A DNA stretch of 64,000 nucleotides from a virus: positions 1-64,000 of the IMG/VR virus record IMGVR_UViG_3300042691_029205. The stretch is one strand, 5' to 3'. The notes beneath the pieces are model-generated. The model was not told the origin of the DNA and ran no database searches. It saw nothing but the letters and a program-made list of their open reading frames with translations. Every line of letters begins with the position of its first letter. Position 1 is the first letter of the stretch. Of the stretch, positions 31,638 through 41,756 are shown piece after piece. The position numbers and the translations under genes are program-made.

Positions 31638-31976
31638 ATGAATCTAAAAGAGTTTGTTACTAAAACATCTGATAATCTGGATGATAGAGGGTTGTGTTCC
31701 AATCCTCTTTTGATTTTGACTATGGTTAGTATTGCTATAAATATAGCTAGATTATGGGTTGAATGTAGAAAAAACAAGTCTGAAATGTATAATATGGCGG
31801 TTAAGCCTAATTTTACACAAAAAATTTTATTGAAACGTGTTATTAAAAATAATTTACGATCTAAGACTATATCTACAAGTCATACCAATACTGTTTATAA
31901 TGCTCTAATTAAAACAGCCGGAAATCTAACAGAGGAAGAGTTTAATAAACTCATTAATAGTATAGATACGGAGTAA
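31638..31976 (+). CDS. Small membrane-anchored protein
   Basis: NPLLILTMVSIAINIARLW hydrophobic segment. Confidence 0.6.
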   Translation: MNLKEFVTKTSDNLDDRGLCSNPLLILTMVSIAINIARLWVECRKNKSEMYNMAVKPNFTQKILLKRVIKNNLRSKTISTSHTNTVYNALIKTAGNLTEEEFNKLINSIDTE

Positions 31977-31979
31977 GTT

Positions 31980-32780
31980 ATGCTTAATTTTATTCTGCAA
32001 TCCAATTTAATCGAAAATGAAAACTTTGGATTAGTAGCAGAGAAATTAGGTCATAATATATTACGATATAACGATTTAAGTGAATATCTATCTATAGATA
32101 ACGGTCTTCCAACTTATGTTCGCTGCTCACTAGATCATTATCTTTCTTACTGGCGAAAGAACAGCCCAAATCCTGGTGTTTGTTTTGAAGCCTCCAACTT
32201 TAAATACCTAGAATACCAGCAATACTGGAACGGCTATCTACTTAATAACAATTTCATCGTTTGCCCGATATCTAATTTAACAGAAGAGTGGTATAATGAG
32301 TTTATTCATGGTGATATGTTTATACGGCCTAATTCTGGCTGTAAATCTTTTACTGGCCAAACAATTTTTAAATATAAAGACCTGAAACAAATTATTGATT
32401 TATACCGGCCATTACCAAGCGAACTAGCTATTTTCGCACCGGCTCGTCCAATTAGTAATGAAGCTCGCCTAGTTGTGGGGATTGACAAAGATGAAAAACC
32501 TGTTATACTAGCAGGAAGTATGTATCGTATTGATGGGAATGTTCAAAATGAGCGGATTAATAAGGATAGCCGATACTGGAAGTTCGGCCAAAAGGCGGCT
32601 GAACAAGTCCTAGAGAAGTATGGAAATCCTCCGTCTGAATTGTTTACACTTGATGTTTGTTCTGAAAGATGGCGGGATGAACTATATATAGTTGAACTTA
32701 ACTCTTTTGGATGTGCTGGTTTATATGATTGTGAAATAGAGTCGATTATTCATTTCATGGAAAAACAATGGACAACTTAA
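31980..32780 (+). CDS. ATP-grasp protein, R2K/DUF4343 clade
   Basis: FIRPNSGCKSFTGQ, EARLVV, FTLDV, IVELNSFGCAGLY. Confidence 0.85.
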   Translation: MLNFILQSNLIENENFGLVAEKLGHNILRYNDLSEYLSIDNGLPTYVRCSLDHYLSYWRKNSPNPGVCFEASNFKYLEYQQYWNGYLLNNNFIVCPISNLTEEWYNEFIHGDMFIRPNSGCKSFTGQTIFKYKDLKQIIDLYRPLPSELAIFAPARPISNEARLVVGIDKDEKPVILAGSMYRIDGNVQNERINKDSRYWKFGQKAAEQVLEKYGNPPSELFTLDVCSERWRDELYIVELNSFGCAGLYDCEIESIIHFMEKQWTT

Positions 32781-32825
32781 TTACTTGGATTTTATCTACC
32801 ATTATAGCAACTGAGGACGAGGATA

Positions 32826-33293
32826 ATGAACAAGATTAATTGCTCTGTTAGATGTATGGTTAATAAAGATTTAGAAAAAGTAACAGATATTGAGCACGAA
32901 TCTTCTAATTATGAAAACATCTTAACGGAAGATGAAATTACAGTTTTTCTGCGTCAGAATGATACGGTTGGCCTTGTAGCCGAAGTGGACGAACAAATAG
33001 CTGGTTTTTGTCTTTACCGGCTAAAAACTAACAGTCTTATTGTGTACCGGCTGGTTGTCTCCCCTTATTACCGGCGTTTTAAAATTGGCACGCAAATTGT
33101 TGAAAAACTTAAACAAAAAATGAGTTTTGGCAACCGCACCCACTTGACAATTGCCGTTTCTGAGCGTAATATAGAGGGACAGCTTTTTCTTCGTGCTAAT
33201 GGATTTGTTTGTTACAAGACTAAACCTAATTTTTTTGAAGAAAACGACGCTTACTGTTTTAAATTAGAGGCTAAAAATGCTGTTACCAAGTGA
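32826..33293 (+). CDS. RimI-like GNAT acetyltransferase
   Basis: V.DIE.ES, GLVAE, LVVSP.YRR.KIGTQ, V.ERN..GQLFLRANGF, EENDAY. Confidence 0.85.
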   Translation: MNKINCSVRCMVNKDLEKVTDIEHESSNYENILTEDEITVFLRQNDTVGLVAEVDEQIAGFCLYRLKTNSLIVYRLVVSPYYRRFKIGTQIVEKLKQKMSFGNRTHLTIAVSERNIEGQLFLRANGFVCYKTKPNFFEENDAYCFKLEAKNAVTK

Positions 33294-33696
33294 ATCTACT
33301 GATCGTAAACAGTCTATTGCAATTATTTGCTTTGTTGTGTTTATGTCTATATATGTTATTACTGCCATTACTTGCGACTATAATGTTAAAAAAACGGCCA
33401 TTGAAAAAGGCTATGAGCAAGATAGCAACGGACATTGGGTGAAGAATAAGGAATTCAATAAATAAGGCAGTTTGGTGAAGAATATGAGTGTCAAAACAGA
33501 TAAAGATATAAAAAATGCTATTTCTAATGAAAGTACATCTCAATCTTTTTTTATTGGTTTTGTGTGGGGTATTATATTCTGTACCATTCCAATAGTTTCA
33601 TGTTATTATAAAATGTCTACGTATAAGTATACAATTTTTAATCTACAAAACAAAGTTCAAAATTTACAACAAGAAATAGACACAAGGAAATAATAA

Positions 33697-34134
33697 ATGA
33701 AGCCGTTTGGTTATTCACTCTTGATCGACATGTATGAATGCTGTCGATATGCTCTAGACGACTTAGATTTACATTACAGACTTCTAGAAGAACTTCCACA
33801 TAGACTTGGTATGAAGTTAATGACTCAACCAGTAGTTTGTCACGGTTTAGTTGAATTTTCGCCCTATCCTTATAAAGACTGTAACGGTAATCTTGAGTAT
33901 TTTAGACGCGATATCTACTTAGACAAGGCGGGCTGTAGCGGCTGGGTCGGATTAATAACCAGCGGAATTCAGGTTCATTCTTGTGTTCCCACAAATTTCT
34001 CTACGATAGATATTTATTCCTGTAATGATTTTCGTGAACTAATTCCTGGTATCAAAGATTTTCTACGATCTAGATTTAAATTTGAGTCATATGAAGAGAA
34101 CCTAGTAGTTCGCGGCACAAAATATAAAGGATAA
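33697..34134 (+). CDS. S-adenosylmethionine decarboxylase proenzyme-like (SpeD/SpeH class)
   Basis: LLIDMYEC, GCSGWVGLITSGIQVH, IDIYSC.DF. Confidence 0.75.
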   Translation: MKPFGYSLLIDMYECCRYALDDLDLHYRLLEELPHRLGMKLMTQPVVCHGLVEFSPYPYKDCNGNLEYFRRDIYLDKAGCSGWVGLITSGIQVHSCVPTNFSTIDIYSCNDFRELIPGIKDFLRSRFKFESYEENLVVRGTKYKG

Positions 34135-34136
34135 TC

Positions 34137-34562
34137 ATGTCTTATATTGGAAAAATTGACTCATTTAGCGGTAAATATAGATTCTTATCTAACTTTTATC
34201 CTTGTATCATTGAATACGAAGGTATAACTTATCCTTCTACTGAACACGCATTTCAAGCGGCAAAATTCCTAGATTTTAAAATTAGAGAAGAAATAGCCGC
34301 TTTGAAAAAACCTGTGGAGGCTAAACGATTTCCAAAAGGAAAAACTATCCGTGAAGATTGGTTCGATGTGTCATTAAAAATAATGAAAGATGTGAATGTT
34401 GTTAAATATAGACAACCTTCTTTTAGAGATCGGTTATATGATACTCGCGGCTATGAACTAGAAGAAGGTAATACCTGGGGCGATACTTTTTGGGGTACTT
34501 GTGATGGTGTAGGAGAGAATCATCTAGGTAAAATCCTAATGGAGATTAGAGATGAGTTATAG
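34137..34562 (+). CDS. NADAR (YbiA/DUF1768) family protein
   Basis: FLSNFY, YPSTEHAFQAAK, EGNTWGDTFWG, GENHLGKILMEIR. Confidence 0.92.
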   Translation: MSYIGKIDSFSGKYRFLSNFYPCIIEYEGITYPSTEHAFQAAKFLDFKIREEIAALKKPVEAKRFPKGKTIREDWFDVSLKIMKDVNVVKYRQPSFRDRLYDTRGYELEEGNTWGDTFWGTCDGVGENHLGKILMEIRDEL

Positions 34563-35040
34563 TCAGCCTAACTATATATTCCTAGATATTGATGGTGTCT
34601 TAAATAACCATAATCCGCTAGAAAATAACACATGTGGGATAAATAAGGAAAATATAGCCGCCCTTAATTTAATAATGGACGAGTGTGATCCGTTTATAAT
34701 ACTATCTTCCGCCTGGAGAAGTCTAATAGCGAAAAAGGATTTGTCTCTACGTGGCTTTGAAATCATGCTACAAACACATGGCTTGAAGTGTTTTAACAAA
34801 CTGGTGTCTCATACTCGTTTTCAAATGTTTCAGGATAACAGAGAAGAAGAAATATTAGAGTGTGTTTTAGATAATGATATTAAAAACTATGTAATTTTAG
34901 ATGATTTACCGCTAGACTTCACTAATCTTAACATTCCAGCCTATCGTTTTATAAAAACCGACCCTCATTTAGGACTTACAATCGAAGATGTACAAAAGGC
35001 AATATCTGTTTTTAAAGAGCCGCCAAATGAAGCTATATAG
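34552..35040 (+). CDS. HAD domain protein (HAD_SAK_2, RNA-repair associated)
   Basis: FLDIDGVLN, ILSSAWR, REEEI, YVILDD, GLT. Confidence 0.85.
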   Translation: MSYSQPNYIFLDIDGVLNNHNPLENNTCGINKENIAALNLIMDECDPFIILSSAWRSLIAKKDLSLRGFEIMLQTHGLKCFNKLVSHTRFQMFQDNREEEILECVLDNDIKNYVILDDLPLDFTNLNIPAYRFIKTDPHLGLTIEDVQKAISVFKEPPNEAI

Positions 35041-35632
35041 TATATTTATATTCTTCCTGCTAGTCTTTTGCTGTAATATTTATGCAGAAGAAATTACTCT
35101 ATCTGAATTAAGACCAAAACAAAACAACTCCTATTTAGATGATATATATCGTCATGTGTATCCTAAAGAATTACGTTATTTTCAAGAGCGTGATTTAGTT
35201 ACCAGCGGCCATGAATGTTTACATGCTGTAAATTCTAGGATTCGCCGTGAGTATGTTGGTAAGGCCGGTTTTTACATTAAAGGCGATAGGGCTTTTATAT
35301 TTAGCCCTGTTCCTATAAAGTTAAAAGAAGTAGCCTCCTTAGTAGAACAAAAGGACAGGAATCATTTATACCAGACCTACCTTATAGACGCTCAAAAAGA
35401 CTGGAACGACGAGGCTTTATATGTTTTAGACGAGCTAAGTGCTTATGTGGCTGGTTATCAAGTTGGTCGTGAGTATAATTTAACCGCCCGCTATAAAGAT
35501 TCACAAAAAAGCGGCTTGACCCTCTTGACTTTTTCCAAAATCGTGCTACAATTGGCTAAAGAGAGAAATTACTCAGAAATTGATGAGTTGACTAAATTTA
35601 TTGAGTTGCAAGAAAATTTATTAAGGAATTAG
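35027..35632 (+). CDS. Secreted HExxH protein (putative zinc metallopeptidase)
   Basis: N-terminal signal peptide; GHECLH; DELSAY. Confidence 0.55.
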   Translation: MKLYSIFIFFLLVFCCNIYAEEITLSELRPKQNNSYLDDIYRHVYPKELRYFQERDLVTSGHECLHAVNSRIRREYVGKAGFYIKGDRAFIFSPVPIKLKEVASLVEQKDRNHLYQTYLIDAQKDWNDEALYVLDELSAYVAGYQVGREYNLTARYKDSQKSGLTLLTFSKIVLQLAKERNYSEIDELTKFIELQENLLRN

Positions 35633-35634
35633 CT

Positions 35635-37005
35635 ATGAGCGACGAATATAAATATGAATACCATACAGATATTGGTACAGAGATTAAAGAAGGATGGGAG
35701 GTTGAAACAGATGATGGTGAATGGAGAAAAACCATTCTAGAAGGTACTAGAATTGGAGATTGTTTTACTGGAAAAAGATACCGATCTATTAAATCTCTTA
35801 ATACACAAAAAGAAACAATATCACAGGCTAAATATCTTGTAGAGTTATTGCATCAAAAGTTTTATCCAGAGAACAAAGAGTGGCGTGCATGTGAGTCTAT
35901 ATTAGGAATACTAGATCAAATCAATAATATTTGTGCAGGATTACAAAGAATTCCAGAACCAAGTAAGCAAGTTGCTGCACCTGTATCATGGGTAATTGAA
36001 ACTTCATTTTATAAATAGGTTATAAAAAATGAAAGCTGAGAATGCATTTGTCTCTCTAACATTGGTATTGATATTTTCTATCTTTGTTGGTTTTATAATT
36101 GGATACTCAATTTCAACCGCAGATCATAAGCGAAAAGCTGTTCAGAGTGGATTTGCCGAGTACGACTCGCAAACTGGAATCTGGAAGTGGAAAGATGGTA
36201 AGAGATGAATAAAAGAGAACAAGCCGAAATGCAGCGATTGAAAAACAAATTATTAAAAGCCAAGGCGTGGATAGTTGAAGATAGGCACATGATGAGAGGT
36301 AAAAAATGACACAACACGAACGGTTTGAGCAGTGGATAGAAAGTACATACTCACCTCAAAAATTACGAAAGACTGACCAGCCAAGTGATTACGTTCAGAA
36401 TTCGCACGGTATGTGGTTAGCATGGCAAGCTGCACAACCGAAAGTACCTGATGACGTGCGAGAAGCGGCGGAATATGTAAAATGCCCAAATACCAGTGAA
36501 CATAGCTTTGACGTTGCAATGATGAAGATAGTAGACTGGGCACTAAAGTTAATTGAGGAGCAAACGCAATGAGTGAAAACATAGCACTTATATTTGCAGC
36601 ATTCGTTCTCTTCAGCTTCCTTGCTGGGTTTTGTGTTGGGTTCAAGGCAGGAATCATCGACCGTGAGGAAAATCAATGACACCTGAAGAATTAGAAGAAC
36701 TAAAGAGATTAGAAGCAGCAGTATCTAACGATGGCGAGATGATTGGAGAACAATTTAAACAGTATTTGGATGATTGCAAAAAATTTGCCAAGATGATTTA
36801 TAACCACGCCCACGAACTCATCGCAGCGGCGGAAGAACGCGACCAACTCAAGCAGCGTTTGGAGGTGTGTGCGGAGTTCTTTGAAGTCCACGACTACATT
36901 AACGAAATAAACACACCGGAAGAAAACGGAATAGATTTTGCAAGTTTATTTCGCGAGAAAGACCGAAAATTTCAAGCAGCCCGTGCAGCGGCGAAAGGAC
37001 AGTAA
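35635..37005 (+). other. Short hypothetical CDSs (35635-36018, 36306-36572, 36676-37005 and several <60 aa)
   Basis: Packed ORFs; 36030-37005 is visibly more GC-rich. Confidence 0.6.
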
Positions 37006-37008
37006 TTT

Positions 37009-37656
37009 ATGACTGACTTTATTATTAACGGCGACTCAGTATTTAAGTCAGATGTTACTTTAAGTAATCAAAGATTTTATCAATCGAAAGTTGACGTTAA
37101 AAATATAACACTCTCTGGAGCGACAATAACTATCTCTAACTGTCACACTCCTAGATTTGAAAATGTAAGGTTCTCTAAAACGTCGCTGATTATATTAGAG
37201 GGCTGCTATGATCCATATTTTCGCAACTGTGAATTTATTGAAGATACACAGTTAGCTATTTATGGTATAAACAGACAAAGTAACTGCATTAGAATAATGG
37301 ACTGTAGATTTGAAAACAATACTGATATTGGTCTTACGTGCTCGGAAAATATTAGACAGTGCTTAATACATGCAACCAAATTTCACGCTAAAAAGAACCA
37401 TCCAAATTCTAAATTATGCAGCTTTAAAAATGTAAAAGAGCTATTCATCAAAGATTGTAAGTTTACATCTGGTGAATCTAAAAAAATAGGAGTTGGTATG
37501 TCTATTGATAACTGTGAAAATGTGGTTATTGATAGCGTGTTTGAAAGTTTAGATATTGGTATTATAACAGATAATATCAAGGAAATAACTCTAAATGCGA
37601 TTCAGCCGAAACGACGCTTGTGCGGAACTCTTATTAAAGAAGGACAAGGACTTTAA
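37009..37656 (+). CDS. Right-handed beta-helix (pectate-lyase-like) protein
   Basis: Repeating (I/F)xNCxF beta-helix rungs. Confidence 0.65.
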   Translation: MTDFIINGDSVFKSDVTLSNQRFYQSKVDVKNITLSGATITISNCHTPRFENVRFSKTSLIILEGCYDPYFRNCEFIEDTQLAIYGINRQSNCIRIMDCRFENNTDIGLTCSENIRQCLIHATKFHAKKNHPNSKLCSFKNVKELFIKDCKFTSGESKKIGVGMSIDNCENVVIDSVFESLDIGIITDNIKEITLNAIQPKRRLCGTLIKEGQGL

Positions 37657-38059
37657 ATGTTTAAATCTAGTAAAACGCTAAAAACAGGTGTTCCAGAACA
37701 ACCAGAGGTTACTGTAAATTATATTATTGATGATGATAATGTAACATATGTACCATTGCAAAATATTAAAATTGCCTTAGATAATTTGGCTATTTATATC
37801 GCTGTAGATATGTTAACAAAACCAGATCAAAGTATTTCTACTGTATTTGCTAGACAAATAAATTTACAAAAGGAAGCGGTTGATAAGCTGGAGTTGATGA
37901 TAAAGTCTTCCACTAACTAAAAGGGGTTCCACCCCTTTAAAACCCCGAAGAGGATTAAAATGGAAACCGGAATGTTTTTCTTAGGTGTGTGTATTGTATT
38001 ACATGCTGTTATAAATTTTATTAGAAGTGTTATGTGGTTTAACAGCAGGAGAGACTAAT

Positions 38060-38347
38060 ATGGTTATCGCTATAGATTTTGACGACACATTAACCAAGGA
38101 TGCTGAATTATGGTGTGAATTTATAAGAATATGTAAAATCGGCCATCATAAGATAATCTGTGTAACTTGCAGAAGAAACACAGCAGTTAATCAAGATACT
38201 ATAGAACGCTGGATGCAGTCTCATAATTGTAGTATTCCTGTTTATTTTAGTGACTTGAATCCAAAAATAGAATTAATGAATAAATTAGGAATTAAAGTCG
38301 ATATTTGGATAGACGATGATCCACATTGTATTTTAGAAGGTAAATAA
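38060..38347 (+). CDS. Small HAD-like protein
   Basis: IAIDFDDTL, VTCR, K, DIWIDDDP. Confidence 0.8.
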   Translation: MVIAIDFDDTLTKDAELWCEFIRICKIGHHKIICVTCRRNTAVNQDTIERWMQSHNCSIPVYFSDLNPKIELMNKLGIKVDIWIDDDPHCILEGK

Positions 38348-38383
38348 AACAATTAAATTAATTAAGGAAGGAGCAACGAAAGA

Positions 38384-38978
38384 ATGAACGAAATTTATTT
38401 TTCATCAGACTTTCACGGCTTTTCATAAGAACATAACCGGACCTACTGTATCTAGTTGGCCGACTGGTTATCGTGACTTTTCTTCTATTGAGGAAATGAA
38501 CTCTACTATCTATGAAAATATGAACTCTTCTATAAAAGAAGATGATATCTTGTATTTTCTAGGAGACTGGTCATTTGGCGGCAAGGATAAGATTCCAATA
38601 GTTCGAGAGAATATTCGTTGTAAAAACATATATTTTGTCGCGGGCAATCACGATCATCATATTGAGAGAGATAGAAACTTACAAAAGCTGTTTCTTTCGG
38701 TTCGTAAAGAGATGTTTACTAAGATTTGCGGGCGTGATTTCTTTCTAAGTCATTACGCACATAGAACTTATATTCATCAGTCTGCTACTAGTATTCATCT
38801 TTACGGTCACTCACATGGTAATCTACCGGATGATATTCATAGCCTGAGTATGGATATTGGATTTGACACACATCTTTTTGGGCATGAAAAATATACTCCA
38901 TATCATATAGACGAGATATTCCATATTATGGACAATATTAAAGAGCCGGTTTCTACAGATCATCATACAAATCATTGA
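38384..38978 (+). pseudogene. Calcineurin-like metallophosphoesterase with +1 frameshift near the 5' end
   Basis: MNEIYFSSDFHGF from ATG 38384 stops at 38426-28; the +1 frame continues HKNI...LGDW...GNHD...SHYA...LYGHSH. Confidence 0.75.
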
Positions 38979-38995
38979 TTTAAAGGATCATAAAT

Positions 38996-40318
38996 ATGAG
39001 TATTGATATTTTGGCATTAATTAAAGAATACTGGCCTGTCTTATTAATGTTTTCTGGATTAATTTTTTCTTGTTGGACATATATAAAAGACATTTGCATT
39101 AGACTTTGGCGATTTTTTATTGTCGAGGTTCATATTACTGACAGACGTTCTGTGTCTGGTCTTCGTCGTTACCTATGTAAAAATTTTGAATTTACTTTTA
39201 GTGAGCCTTATTATTTTTCTCGTATTAAATTATTTAATAATAACAAAACTAGCTATCCTTTAGTTAGACATTTACCTGTTAAGGGATTTTTAAGATATGG
39301 ATGGCGTATTATCTATATAGATAACAATGTCTGCTATTCATGGATAGAACCAGATGTTAAGATTTATTTTTTACGTTATAGTTTTCACTATAGGCACTTT
39401 TTAGATCAGGCTAATAATTGGTCTATAAATGATAAAGATTCTCGATTTATGGTTAAAAAAATATGCGGGACACGTTATGATAATACTATTATATCATCTA
39501 TATCTAACAATAAAACAGATAATCATTCTTTTATAGAAAAGATACATTTTAAAGAGTCTATGATTTTAGATGGTAAAGAATCTGATTATAATATTAATCT
39601 AAGAAGCTCATACGAGCTATATCAAACAAATAAACAAACTGAATCTATTATTGATGAAATTTCTATGTTTATAGAATATGAAGATTGGTATAAGTCTAAA
39701 GGTATAAAGTGGCAACGTGGTTATGTTTTAACATCTAAACCAGGAGGAGGTAAAACTTCTTTTGTTCGTTATATAGGTGTTCGTTTTGGATTACCTGTAT
39801 ATTCGTTTGATTTGGGGTCAATGACTAATAATAATATGATAGATGAATGGGCAACAGCAACGACTAATTCACCTTGTATTATTTTATTTGAGGATTTTGA
39901 CGCAGTATTTAATAAACGTGAAAATATTACAAATACATTAGCACAAACTCCTGGTGTAACTTTTGATTGTATTTTACAGTGTATTGATGGTATTAATTCT
40001 AATGATGGCGTTATATTATTTATAACTACAAATAAACCAGAATGTTTAGATTATGCGTTAAGTGATACTAATCAAGAAATGAGTAGTCGCCCTGGTAGAA
40101 TTGATCGTTATATTGAATTAAGCGATCCAACCGAGCAACAAAAAACTAATATAGCAACCATCATTCTTGAAGATTGCTCAGATAAAATTGATGTTCCTAA
40201 ATTTATTAATACTGAATTATTACCTAAATCTAGTTCAATGAGCATTGCACAATTTCAAGAAATGTGTACCAAGATAGCTCTAGACTACAAATGGAATAAA
40301 TCTTTAACTGAGAATTAA
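38996..40318 (+). CDS. BCS1-like membrane-anchored AAA+ ATPase
   Basis: N-terminal TM; WY...GI.WQRGY.L.SKPGGGKTS, ILFEDFD, LQCIDG, FITTN....LD.AL, RPGRID. Confidence 0.8.
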   Translation: MSIDILALIKEYWPVLLMFSGLIFSCWTYIKDICIRLWRFFIVEVHITDRRSVSGLRRYLCKNFEFTFSEPYYFSRIKLFNNNKTSYPLVRHLPVKGFLRYGWRIIYIDNNVCYSWIEPDVKIYFLRYSFHYRHFLDQANNWSINDKDSRFMVKKICGTRYDNTIISSISNNKTDNHSFIEKIHFKESMILDGKESDYNINLRSSYELYQTNKQTESIIDEISMFIEYEDWYKSKGIKWQRGYVLTSKPGGGKTSFVRYIGVRFGLPVYSFDLGSMTNNNMIDEWATATTNSPCIILFEDFDAVFNKRENITNTLAQTPGVTFDCILQCIDGINSNDGVILFITTNKPECLDYALSDTNQEMSSRPGRIDRYIELSDPTEQQKTNIATIILEDCSDKIDVPKFINTELLPKSSSMSIAQFQEMCTKIALDYKWNKSLTEN

Positions 40319-40413
40319 ATAGGTTACTAAATGAATAATTATCAAAGACCAGAAGACAGTATTGTAAAGCATTACTTGGATCAAACTAAAACAAGCCCAG
40401 CGGCGATTGAGCT

Positions 40414-41003
40414 ATGATTATTTTCAACACCAATCTCATTAACGATTCCAATAAAGACCTATGTACTGTCGTCCATTATTTTTCACCTGAAAAGAACAGA
40501 GCGGCCTGCTCCCTCCAAGATATAAAATTTTTAGAGAGATACCTGGGTCACACTCTTGACTTTTCACAGTATCCAAGTTATAATAAGGTGAGTTACCACA
40601 CTCCTAAGCAAGAAGACGAAGTTAGATTGAACACTTTATCAACTAATTTATTTATCAGAGAAATTATTAAGCCCAAGTCTAAAAAAGACAAACTTTTATT
40701 TAAAAAGGTATAATTATGCGTTTTGAAACACTAGAATCGACACCAAGTAAAGACCACCCATATTTAGATGCAGATCGTGCTTTGTTTTATGTGTATGATA
40801 CAGTCAAGCACTCAAAATCACTAGGAGCATACACAAGGCGGGATTTAGCAGATAAAATTACCGATCAAAAAAATAAAGAATATCTCGAAACTTGGTTTGC
40901 AGAAGTAAAACATCAGGACTTAAAAAATGGCACTATCGATCAAGAAGTTACAGAAAACAGCCTCTCAGAGGACGTTATTACTCAACAAGCAGGGGACTTA
41001 TAA
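40414..41003 (+). other. Two hypothetical CDSs (40414-40713, 40716-41003)
   Basis: ORFs; the first follows a dyad repeat. Confidence 0.6.
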
Positions 41004-41262
41004 GTGTAAGCCGGAAGATTTTGGGTTTTTTGGCCTAGCTCTAGCTGGAGAAGTCGGCGAAACCTGCAACCTTTTAAAAAAGGTGCTACGTGGCACAAAA
41101 CAACTTAATCTAACTACACTTGATGCTCTAGCTAGTGAATTAGCTGACTGTCAAATGTATTTAGTTTTGTTAGCTGCCTCGCTAAATATTAACCTTGAGG
41201 AAGCTGTAATTGTGAAATTTAACGAACGTAGTAAAGACTTAGGGATAGATATTACATTATGA
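40927..41262 (+). CDS. MazG-like NTP pyrophosphohydrolase
   Basis: LAGEVGETCN..KK, SELADC..YL..LA, LEEAV..KFN. Confidence 0.85.
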   Translation: MALSIKKLQKTASQRTLLLNKQGTYKCKPEDFGFFGLALAGEVGETCNLLKKVLRGTKQLNLTTLDALASELADCQMYLVLLAASLNINLEEAVIVKFNERSKDLGIDITL

Positions 41263-41756
41263 AAAAATTAATTCTCATTCGCTCTGCTTCTGGTGGAGGT
41301 AAGAGCTATCTAGCTAAACAAATCGCCTATGAAGCCGTTATAGATAATAAGTCCGTTGTTATTCATAATACTGATTCTGTTTGGATGAGCAAGACTAATT
41401 TTACAGATGAAGCCTATTACTTTGACTTTAATGTTTTATATCAGGCTCACCAAATCAACCAAGCTAAAACGGCTATCTCTATGGAACGCGGAATTAACGT
41501 AGTTATCATAGACAATACGAATACCACCCTGAAAGAAGTCAAGGTCTATGTTGATTTAGCTGTCAAATACGGCTACACAGTAGAAGTAGTGCGGCCCAAT
41601 ACACCCTGGTTTGGTAATATTGATGAACACTTCGCTAGAAACACGCATAATGTTCCTAAAGACGTTATCCAAAAACAGATGGATCGATTGAGTAGATCGC
41701 CTGACTCTGAAGTTTATGAATACTATAATAGTATAAGAGATTGCAATGTCTCCTAA
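41259..41756 (+). CDS. P-loop polynucleotide-kinase-like protein (AAA_33)
   Basis: RSASGGGKS, VVIIDNTNT, RNTHNVP..VI..Q. Confidence 0.85.
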   Translation: MKKLILIRSASGGGKSYLAKQIAYEAVIDNKSVVIHNTDSVWMSKTNFTDEAYYFDFNVLYQAHQINQAKTAISMERGINVVIIDNTNTTLKEVKVYVDLAVKYGYTVEVVRPNTPWFGNIDEHFARNTHNVPKDVIQKQMDRLSRSPDSEVYEYYNSIRDCNVS

